From the NCBI RefSeq assembly GCF_000015025.1, contig NC_008578.1, positions 120,001 through 152,000 on the forward strand: 32,000 nt of DNA, given 5' to 3'. The translations under genes were made by a program, and so were the position numbers. Position 1 is the stretch's first letter; the number at the start of each line of letters is the position of its first letter. The notes under the pieces were generated by a model. That model ran no database searches, had not been told where the DNA came from, and saw only the letters and a program-made list of their open reading frames with translations. Shown here piece by piece: positions 15,882 through 23,387 of this stretch. The stretch is from Acidothermus cellulolyticus 11B (GTDB lineage Bacteria; Actinomycetota; Actinomycetes; Acidothermales; Acidothermaceae).

Positions 15882-17314
15882 CACAAATCGAAGAGCGCGA
15901 TCAGGTCGAGAGTCGGCCCACGCTACGGTTCCCTGACCGCTTTGTGTGGGGTGTGGCGACGTCCGCCTACCAAATCGAAGGCGCCGTTGCTGAGGACGGG
16001 CGCGGTCCGTCGATTTGGGATACGTTCAGCCACACGCCGGGAAAGGTGGTCGGCGGCGATACCGGAGATGTCGCCGCCGACCACTACCACCGTTACGTCG
16101 GCGACGTCCGGTTGATGGCGGACCTCGGGGTCACGTCCTACCGGTTCTCGGTGGCGTGGCCGCGTATCCTGCCCAGCGGCTCCGGTGCGGTCAATCGAGC
16201 CGGACTCGATTTCTACTCCCGTCTGGTCGATGAGCTGCTGAACCACGGCATCACGCCTGCACTGACGCTTTACCACTGGGACCTCCCGCAGGCGTTGCAA
16301 GACCAGGGCGGGTGGACGAATCGTGCAACTGCACAGCGATTCGCTGAATATGCGGTCGTCGTCGCCCGCGAATTGGGTGATCGGGTGAATTTCTGGATTA
16401 CTCTCAACGAGCCGTGGTGCGCGGCGTTCCTCGGTTACGGGGCGGGCGTTCATGCACCCGGACACACCGACAGTGCGGAAGCCTTGACGGCGGCGCATCA
16501 CCTGCTCCTTGCGCACGGCCTGGCAGTCCAGGCCCTGGGCTCGGTTCTGCCGCCGGATTGCCAGATGGCGATCACGTTGAATCCAGCGGTCGCGCGACCG
16601 GCGAGCCTCGCCGAGGAAGATGTGGCCGCCGCCCGGAAGGTCGACGGATTACAGAATCGGCTCTGGCTGGATCCGCTGTTTCACGGCACCTATCCGCAGG
16701 ATGTGGTGAATTTCACGTCAAAAGTCACCGACTGGTCGTTCGTCCGTGACAACGACCTCGCAGTGATTGCGACCCCCTTCGACATTCTGGGGGTCAATTA
16801 CTATAACCCGGTCATCGTCGGTCACTATGCCGGCTCCGGATCGAGGGGACGCGACGGCCACGGTCAGGGAACCGGTGAGACCTGGCCCGGGTGCCCCGAT
16901 ATTCAGTTTCCCGAGTGGCCGTTCCGGCGGACCGCGATGGGCTGGCCCATTGACCCCTCCGGACTCTACGAACTCCTCATTCGGCTGAACCGCGACTATC
17001 CACGGCCGATCATGATTACTGAGAATGGCGCCGCGTTCGATGATGTCGTCACGGACAACAATCGGGTGCGGGATCCGGCACGGGCGGCGTACATCCAGGA
17101 ACATCTTGCCGCCCTCCACCAAGCGATTGCCGACGGCGTGGACGTTCGCGGTTATTACCTCTGGTCATTGATCGACAACTTTGAATGGGCGTACGGATAC
17201 TCACGCCGGTTCGGCATCGTTTATGTCGATTTCGAGACTCAGGAGCGGATCATCAAGGACAGTGGGTATTTCTACTCGCTGGTCGCACGGACGAACACGA
17301 TCGCGGCGCCCTGA
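15878..17314 (+). CDS. bglC: GH1 beta-glucosidase
   Basis: ATG at 15878 overlaps the cebG stop (ATGA). GH1 signatures are present: FVWGVATSAYQIEGA, acid/base TLNEP, nucleophile ITENGAA, and DNFEWAYGY. Confidence 0.95.
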   Translation: MTQIEERDQVESRPTLRFPDRFVWGVATSAYQIEGAVAEDGRGPSIWDTFSHTPGKVVGGDTGDVAADHYHRYVGDVRLMADLGVTSYRFSVAWPRILPSGSGAVNRAGLDFYSRLVDELLNHGITPALTLYHWDLPQALQDQGGWTNRATAQRFAEYAVVVARELGDRVNFWITLNEPWCAAFLGYGAGVHAPGHTDSAEALTAAHHLLLAHGLAVQALGSVLPPDCQMAITLNPAVARPASLAEEDVAAARKVDGLQNRLWLDPLFHGTYPQDVVNFTSKVTDWSFVRDNDLAVIATPFDILGVNYYNPVIVGHYAGSGSRGRDGHGQGTGETWPGCPDIQFPEWPFRRTAMGWPIDPSGLYELLIRLNRDYPRPIMITENGAAFDDVVTDNNRVRDPARAAYIQEHLAALHQAIADGVDVRGYYLWSLIDNFEWAYGYSRRFGIVYVDFETQERIIKDSGYFYSLVARTNTIAAP

Positions 17315-17397
17315 GGGGATATTTCGCTCAGGCGGTATCGCCACTTCCCGAGGACATATCACCGCTCCCTGAGAGGCATCGCCCTGAGGGATATCGC
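17310..17397. repeat. Five degenerate tandem repeats of about 16-17 bp (consensus about CCYGAGGnnATATCGCC) starting on the bglC stop codon
   Basis: The units are cctgaggggatatttcg, ctcaggcggtatcgcc, cccgaggacatatcaccg, ccctgagaggcatcgcc and cctgagggatatcgcc. Unit 1 contains the bglC TGA (17312-17314). Confidence 0.7.
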
Positions 17398-17756
17398 CGT
17401 GTCTCGCTGGGACGTCGCGGCACTCCGGGAGACGGTGGGTTCCATGAGGGGACGACCCGATCGATGAGACGACGAGCCGCCGCGGGCGACGAGCACGATC
17501 GCTGATCCCTGACACGGCGCGCCGCGCGTCGTGACGGTCCGTGTGCGGGTAGCGGTGCGGGCGCCGGGTTGGGGAAGGTGGCGACGACCGCAGTGACAGT
17601 CCGTGCACGGGTGACGGCTGTGCGGATGACGGCTGCACATGCCGGTCAGCTAACCGCTCGCCGGAAAATGACCTGCTGATGCCCGGGTACGTACGGCGGT
17701 GCACCCGACGCACGGACCGTTCGCCGGAAACTGACCCGCCGGCGCACGGGTGGCGG

Positions 17757-18788
17757 CTAGCTCGATTCGCGGATGATCAGCTCCGTCGGCACGATCAGTG
17801 ACGCCGGGCGGGTGCCCGGATTCCGCAGTTGGGTGAGGAGAAGCCGCGCCAACGACCTTCCGATCTCCTCCATCGGCTGACGCACCGACGTCAGTTGCGG
17901 TTCGGCAAGGCGCGCCGCGTGCGAGTCGTCAAAACCGACCACCGCCACGTCGTCCGGAATCTTGCGTCCCGCAGCCCGCAAGGCGCGGATCGCCCCGATC
18001 GCCATGAGGTCGCTCGCGGCAAAGACCGCGTCTAAATCCGGAACGCGAGCAAGCAACTCACGCATGGCACGCTCGCCGCTCTCCTCGGAGAAGTCACCGT
18101 GCGCAACCAAGCGGCGCCAGCTGCGCCGTGCCGGAGCCGGCAGCGCCTCCCGGAATCCTTCGAGTCGGTCCACACCAACCGGCATGTCTTCCGGGCCGGC
18201 GATCGTCGTGATACGGCGGCGGCCCCGTTCAAGGAGGTGTGCAACCGCGGCAGAAGCGCCACCCCGGTTGTCCGCGTCGACATACGGGACGTTGACCCCG
18301 GGGAAGGGCCGGCCGGAGAGCACCATCGGCGTCTCGGTGGTCGCCAGCACCTGCAGCAACGGGTCCTGCCGGTGAAGGGACATCAGAATGAACCCGTCAG
18401 CGTGACGGTTCCGGATGTACCGCTCGATCCGCGATCGATCACCACCCGCGCTCAGCAGGACAAAGGCAAATTCTGTATTCGCCAGTTCCTCGTTGATTCC
18501 GCGTATGGTCCCTGCGAAGAAGGGTTCAGAGAAAACGCGGGTCTCCGGCTCGGAAACCACGAGCGCAATCGTGTCGGTACGCTGCGTGACGAGTGATCGA
18601 GCGGCGCGATTCGGAACATAGCCGAGGGCCTCGATAGCCCGCTCCACGGCGCGTCGCGCCTCGGGCGACACCCGCGGGGAACCCGTCAACACCCTGGAGA
18701 CCGTCGTCTTCGAGACCCCCGCGGCAGCGGCTACCGCCCAGACCGTTGGGCGACGACCAGCCGCCCGCTCTGCTCGCGCCGAGGTCAT
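17757..18788 (-). CDS. cebR: LacI-family transcriptional regulator (CebR/CelR-like)
   Basis: 343 aa, with the ATG preceded by AGGAAGGA. It has an N-terminal HTH (VWAVAAAAGVSKTTVSRVLTG...YVPNRAARSLV) and a periplasmic-binding-protein-like sugar-binding core. It lies next to cebEFG-bglC and divergent from the GH6 gene, with a CebR-type box between them. Confidence 0.85.
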   Translation of the reverse strand: MTSARAERAAGRRPTVWAVAAAAGVSKTTVSRVLTGSPRVSPEARRAVERAIEALGYVPNRAARSLVTQRTDTIALVVSEPETRVFSEPFFAGTIRGINEELANTEFAFVLLSAGGDRSRIERYIRNRHADGFILMSLHRQDPLLQVLATTETPMVLSGRPFPGVNVPYVDADNRGGASAAVAHLLERGRRRITTIAGPEDMPVGVDRLEGFREALPAPARRSWRRLVAHGDFSEESGERAMRELLARVPDLDAVFAASDLMAIGAIRALRAAGRKIPDDVAVVGFDDSHAARLAEPQLTSVRQPMEEIGRSLARLLLTQLRNPGTRPASLIVPTELIIRESS

Positions 18789-18946
18789 GAACGATGTTCC
18801 TTCCTACCATCAGTGTGTCTCAGGGTAACGCTAAGTGGTCAATCCACCGGAAGAAATCATGCCTCTATCAGGTCGAATGATTCCATTCGGTGCAACGCCT
18901 CCAGGGTCTTGACACTGCGAGCCCTCTCCGCCGACACTACCGAGTG

Positions 18947-18960
18947 TGGGACCGTTCCCA
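18947..18960. promoter_or_regulatory. CebR/CelR-type 14-bp operator in the cebR-GH6 divergent region
   Basis: TGGGACCGTTCCCA has perfect TGGGA/TCCCA arms and is self-complementary at 12 of 14 positions. It closely matches the actinobacterial cellulase operator TGGGAGCGCTCCCA. A TTGACA hexamer lies at 18909-18914. Confidence 0.6.
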
Positions 18961-19081
18961 CCACTGTAACGGTGATCCACCGGCGAGGCGAGCCGCCGTC
19001 CGGGCTAGTCAAGCGGTAAAACGCCGTACGTCGTGCCGACATCGCGGCCATTCACGAACCACCGAGACGAAGGGCAAAACG

Positions 19082-20491
19082 ATGGGAACGTACCCAATCC
19101 GGTCAGTGTCCGGCGGTGTCGCGCTCGCCGCCTGCGCCGTCCTCACGATGACCACTGCGGCGGCTGCAACACCGATCCATGATGCCTCATCGCCGCACAC
19201 CATTCCGCCGCACGCACGGCTCTATACCCCTCCGCCAGACAAAGGTGCGATCAAGCAAATCACCGACCTGCTGAAGGCGCGCGACGTCCGCGACGCCCGC
19301 CTGATTGCGGAAATGATTTCCACTCCGCAGGCGGTCTGGTTCACCGGCGGCACGCCCGATCAGGTACGCCGCGACGTCCATCGGGTCGTCACCAAGGCGG
19401 CGGCGCATCACGCCATTCCCGTCCTCGTTGCGTACAACATTCCATTCCGCGACTGCTCGCAATATTCCGCCGGCGGCGCGGTGGACACGGCCGCGTACGA
19501 AGCATGGATCGACGGATTCGCTGCTGGAATCGGCGACAAAAGAGCCATCGTGCTCCTCGAGCCGGACAGCCTGGGCATCATTCCGTACAACACGGATATC
19601 AACGGAAACGCCGAGTGGTGCAAACCGGATCTCAGCGGTACGGGATTGACGCCCGACGAGGCGAACCAAGCACGCTACGACCAGCTGAACTACGCAGTCG
19701 ACGCACTCGAGGCGCACCGCAATGTGAGCGTCTACCTCGACGGCACGCACAGCGGATGGCTCGGGGTCGGAGATATTGCGCAGCGGCTCGTCCGAGCCGG
19801 TGTGCAACGGGCACAGGGCTTTTTCGTCAACGTGTCCAATTACCAGACGACCGAGCGGCAAATCAAATACGGCACCTGGATTTCCGAGTGCATCGCCTTT
19901 GCGAACGATCCGGAGGAAGGCGGCTGGCGACTCGGACACTACAGCTGGTGCGCCAGCCAGTACTACCCGGCGAATCCGAACGACTTCAGCACGTGGGTTC
20001 AGACCGACCAGTGGTATGCGAGCAATTTAGGAACGGCGGTTCCGACGACGCACTTCGTCATCGACACCAGCCGTAACGGGCGCGGACCGAACGACATGAC
20101 GGCGTACGCCGCCGCGCCGTACAACCAACCGGCCAGCGTCATTTCGGCGCTCCAAGGCGGTAGCTGGTGCAATCCGCCGGGCCGGGGACTTGGGTTGCGG
20201 CCCACGGTGAATACCGGCGTACCGCTGCTCGATGCCTACCTCTGGGTGAAGATTCCCGGCGAATCGGATGGGCAGTGCGATGCTGCCGGCGGCGCCCGGG
20301 CCTGGGACTACTCGGCGTACACCGAACCGGGTTGGCCGACCGATCCCAGCCAGCAGGCGCTCTTCGACCCGCTCTGGGGCTTGTACGACCCGCCCGCCGG
20401 GCAGTGGTTCCCGCAGCAGGCCCTTCAGCTTGCGCAGCTCGCTGTCCCGCCGTTGCAGCCGCAGTGGCCCGTCCCGCCGGTGCATCACTGA
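19082..20491 (+). CDS. Secreted GH6 cellulase (endoglucanase/cellobiohydrolase family 6), catalytic domain only
   Basis: This is the internal ATG 19082 of ORF 18890..20491. It has a signal-like N-terminus (GGVALAACAVLTMTTAAAA). GH6 blocks are present: VLVAYNIPFRDCSQYSAGG, IVLLEPDSLG, YLDGTHSGWLG, GFFVNVSNY, YLWVKIPGESDG. No CBM is apparent. Confidence 0.9.
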   Translation: MGTYPIRSVSGGVALAACAVLTMTTAAAATPIHDASSPHTIPPHARLYTPPPDKGAIKQITDLLKARDVRDARLIAEMISTPQAVWFTGGTPDQVRRDVHRVVTKAAAHHAIPVLVAYNIPFRDCSQYSAGGAVDTAAYEAWIDGFAAGIGDKRAIVLLEPDSLGIIPYNTDINGNAEWCKPDLSGTGLTPDEANQARYDQLNYAVDALEAHRNVSVYLDGTHSGWLGVGDIAQRLVRAGVQRAQGFFVNVSNYQTTERQIKYGTWISECIAFANDPEEGGWRLGHYSWCASQYYPANPNDFSTWVQTDQWYASNLGTAVPTTHFVIDTSRNGRGPNDMTAYAAAPYNQPASVISALQGGSWCNPPGRGLGLRPTVNTGVPLLDAYLWVKIPGESDGQCDAAGGARAWDYSAYTEPGWPTDPSQQALFDPLWGLYDPPAGQWFPQQALQLAQLAVPPLQPQWPVPPVHH

Positions 20492-20554
20492 GGGGCCCTG
20501 CCACGGACATGAACCTTCGGCGAACAACGTGACGATGGGAGGTGTTGGCAAGAG

Positions 20555-21232
20555 TCAATCGCCGTACGCCGCAGACCCGGCCCACAGCAGACCTCGCTCT
20601 ACGATGCGCCGGGTCTGCGGCACCAGAAGATCCTCGGGGGAATGGCCGAGAGTGCAGACGAAAACCTTTCCCTTCTGAAAGCGACGTGTCCACACCACCG
20701 GCATGACCGCGCCTGCAGTATCCGGCGCGCCGTGCCCGCCATTGAAAGTTGTTGTTGCGTGTACCCGCAGGGTCGGGTCGACGTGGCAGAAGTACTGCTC
20801 GGTGTGCACATCGAACCCGTCGACACCGCTAACGATCGGGTGATCGCCGGTGATGTCGACGCGATAGTCGACGAAATCTCCTGGATGCGCGACGAAATGA
20901 CCGCCCACCATGAACTGATAGCGGTACGCAGCGTCGAAGGTCGCAAGCACGCCACCGTGCCATCCCGCGAATCCTGCGCCCCGGGTGACCGCGCCCACCA
21001 ATCCGTCTTCCTGGTCCGGCGTTAGAGCGCCGCCGGTCCAGCACTGCACGATGAGCGAGAAAGATCGCAGCAGCTCGGTGTCCGCATACACCTCGAGGTC
21101 CTCGCGCACGAGGACGTCGAAGCCGTGTTCGCGGAGGCAGGGAAGGAAGAGGTCGGTGCAGGCCGCCGGTTGGTGTCCTTCCCATCCGCCGCGGACCACC
21201 AAGGCCCGCTGGGTGCCATTCGTCGTATCCAT
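20555..21232 (-). CDS. ThuA-domain (trehalose-utilisation-like) protein
   Basis: 225 aa. RALVVRGGWEGHQP..., GFAGWHGG and the C-terminal VFVCTLGHS fit the ThuA family layout. Confidence 0.8.
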   Translation of the reverse strand: MDTTNGTQRALVVRGGWEGHQPAACTDLFLPCLREHGFDVLVREDLEVYADTELLRSFSLIVQCWTGGALTPDQEDGLVGAVTRGAGFAGWHGGVLATFDAAYRYQFMVGGHFVAHPGDFVDYRVDITGDHPIVSGVDGFDVHTEQYFCHVDPTLRVHATTTFNGGHGAPDTAGAVMPVVWTRRFQKGKVFVCTLGHSPEDLLVPQTRRIVERGLLWAGSAAYGD

Positions 21233-21373
21233 GACGATACGTAGTCTGCCGTGAGCAGCGGCTCGAGGACGGGCGTACCGGTCCGCAGGTGGACGCCGTG
21301 TCTACGGGCCGGGGATGAAGGGTCGTACGGGCCGGACAGCCCGGGCGCAGTGTCCCGGGTACCTACGCCGCGG

Positions 21374-21407
21374 GCGGGCCCGCTAACCGGGCGGGCCCGC
21401 TAGCCGG
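21374..21407. repeat. 17-bp tandem duplication (1 mismatch) spanning the PRTase stop codon
   Basis: gcgggcccgctaaccgg (21374-21390) is followed by gcgggcccgctagccgg (21391-21407). The second unit contains the minus-strand stop (cta at 21400-21402). Confidence 0.8.
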
Positions 21408-22074
21408 CCGGGGCTGAATCCAGAAGCGCCCGCACGTCGTCGTCCTCAGGGGCGCGGAAGTCGCGGTACCAGCGACCGACACCGAAGAAATTCACCGGCG
21501 TGGCAAGACAGATGAAACGATCGGCAGCGTCGGCCAACCGCTCTGGTGCATCGACCGGCGCGACCGGTACCGCGACGATCACACTCCGTGCGTGGCGGGC
21601 GCGGGCAGCCTCGCATGCGACACGAGCGGTCGAACCGGTTGCCAACCCGTCATCGACGATGATCGCTGTATGCCCGGTGAGGTCCAGTGGCGGCCGGTCG
21701 CCGCGGAACACTCGCGCACGCCGCTCAAGTTCAGCCCACTCGGCGCGTTCCACCGCATCGATGGTCGATGCGTCGAGCCCGGTGAGGCGGATGACCTCCG
21801 GATCCAGGACACGCAGGCCGCCTTCGGCGATCGCGCCGAACGCTAATTCCGGGTGCCAGGGGACACCCAGTTTGCGCACCAGGAGAACGTCCAGGGGAGC
21901 GTTGAGCGCCCGTGCGACTTCGTGGGCGACGACGACGCCGCCGCGGGGCAGTCCGCAGACCACCATCCGTTCCGCAGGCGTGTCGCCAAGCAGTGCAACA
22001 AGCCGAGCCGCGAGCTTCCTGCCCGCCTCGGTCCGGTCAGCGAAGACGATGTCGTCTGCTGAATGGTCGCTCAT
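21400..22074 (-). CDS. Phosphoribosyltransferase-family protein
   Basis: Start is the ATG at 22072-22074 (MSDHSADDIVFADRTEAGRKLA...). It has the PRTase PRPP-binding loop AIIVDDGLATGST and the CGLPRGGVVVA motif. Confidence 0.8.
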   Translation of the reverse strand: MSDHSADDIVFADRTEAGRKLAARLVALLGDTPAERMVVCGLPRGGVVVAHEVARALNAPLDVLLVRKLGVPWHPELAFGAIAEGGLRVLDPEVIRLTGLDASTIDAVERAEWAELERRARVFRGDRPPLDLTGHTAIIVDDGLATGSTARVACEAARARHARSVIVAVPVAPVDAPERLADAADRFICLATPVNFFGVGRWYRDFRAPEDDDVRALLDSAPAG

Positions 22075-22162
22075 CGCGGTGAACCTCCCGCGGAGCACTT
22101 TCGTGTCCGGTGAACGTGGAGTCAGTATTCCCCATCCAGCGGCGCGGGCCAGACTGGAACGT

Positions 22163-23176
22163 ATGCGCGCGTGGGTGGTTCACCGGCCGCGTCGCTACGA
22201 CCCGGCGGCGTGGCGCACTGAGCATCCGCTCGTTCGCACCGAAAAGCCCGACCCGCTTCCCGGCCCTCATGAGATCCGCATTCGGGTCAGCGCGTGCGGC
22301 GTATGCCGGACGGACCTCCACCTGGCCGAAGGCGATCTCCCGCCGCGGCGGCCCGACACGCTACCCGGGCACGAGATTGTCGGCACTGTCGACATGGTCG
22401 GCACCGAGTGTCAACGCTTCGCAGCGGGAGATCGCGTCGGCATCGCGTGGTTGCGCTACACCTGCGGCGAATGCCGGTGGTGCCTGCGCCATCGGGAGAA
22501 CCTCTGCCCGTCGGCCCGATTCACCGGCTGGGACGCCGACGGCGGTTACGCTGAGTTCGCTGTTGTCGACGAGCGGTTTGCCTACCGAATCCCGGACACC
22601 TTCGACGACGAACACGCCGCACCGCTCCTCTGCGCGGGCATCATCGGCTTTCGTGCTCTCCGCCTGGCGGACTGCCCTCCCGGCGGACGCCTCGGCATTT
22701 ACGGCTTTGGGGCTTCGGCGCACCTGGCCGCACAGGTTGCCCGGCATCAAGGGGCTGACATTTACGTCTTCACTCGCTCGGCGCACGGAAAGGAGCTGGC
22801 CCGCGAACTCGGGGCGTCCTTCGTCGGAGACCCCAACACGCCGCCGCCGCAACCGTTGGACGCTGCGGTAATCTTCGCGCCGTCCGGCGACATTGTTCCT
22901 GCGGCACTGGCTGCACTGGACCGGGGCGGCACCGTCGCCATTGCGGGTATTCACCTCACGGCGATACCGCAACTGGACTATGTCGACGCGCTCTTCGGTG
23001 AGCGGGTGTTGCGCTCCGTCACTGCGAACACTCGGGCGGACGGTGAAGAGTTTCTCCGGATCGCGGCCGAAGCCAAGGTTGTCGTGGCAACGTCGCCGTA
23101 TCCGTTCGACGCTGCTGACCGTGCGCTCACCGATCTGGCCGCCGGCCGGGTCCGCGGGGCCGCCGTTCTCTGTTGA
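22163..23176 (+). CDS. Zinc-dependent alcohol dehydrogenase (MDR family)
   Basis: This is the internal ATG 22163 of ORF 21500..23176; the upstream part of that ORF is antisense to the PRTase gene. It has CGVCRTDLH, GHEIVG, the structural-Zn cluster CGECRWCLRHRENLC, and the nucleotide-binding loop GIYGFGASAH. Confidence 0.9.
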   Translation: MRAWVVHRPRRYDPAAWRTEHPLVRTEKPDPLPGPHEIRIRVSACGVCRTDLHLAEGDLPPRRPDTLPGHEIVGTVDMVGTECQRFAAGDRVGIAWLRYTCGECRWCLRHRENLCPSARFTGWDADGGYAEFAVVDERFAYRIPDTFDDEHAAPLLCAGIIGFRALRLADCPPGGRLGIYGFGASAHLAAQVARHQGADIYVFTRSAHGKELARELGASFVGDPNTPPPQPLDAAVIFAPSGDIVPAALAALDRGGTVAIAGIHLTAIPQLDYVDALFGERVLRSVTANTRADGEEFLRIAAEAKVVVATSPYPFDAADRALTDLAAGRVRGAAVLC

Positions 23177-23240
23177 CCTTCAGGGGAACGCGGCCCGGGG
23201 AGAACGCAAGGGTGACGTCTGTATTCAACGCCCGCGGGGC

Positions 23241-23320
23241 ACTGACGGATCGGCCTGCGCGCCGGCGGTTATCAGCGGATCGGCCTGCGCGCCCCGATGA
23301 ATCATCGGATCGGGCCGACT
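23241..23320. repeat. Tandem repeat with 30-bp period, about 2.7 units
   Basis: cggatcggcctgcgcgcc occurs identically at 23246-23263 and 23276-23293. A decayed third copy (cggatcgggccg) lies at 23306-23317, so the spacing is exactly 30 bp. The repeat sits in the ADH-GDE intergenic region. Confidence 0.8.
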
Positions 23321-23387
23321 ACTATTCGACATTCGGGCGCGGCTAACGAAGCCGCGCCGATCGTTGCCGAGACCCGATGAGGACGCC

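Noticed and set aside
21500-22162. 5' 220 codons of ORF 21500..23176
   Set aside because: It is antisense to the PRTase gene, with Ser/Arg/Ala-rich low complexity. ADH homology begins at MRAWVV (22163).
21400-23176. PRTase-family protein as part of a phage-defence (retron or PRTase-effector type) system
   Set aside because: No reverse transcriptase, ncRNA-like structure, nuclease or NTPase partner is adjacent. The neighbours are a housekeeping-type Zn-ADH and ThuA. The sequence looks like the common stand-alone PRTase-domain protein.
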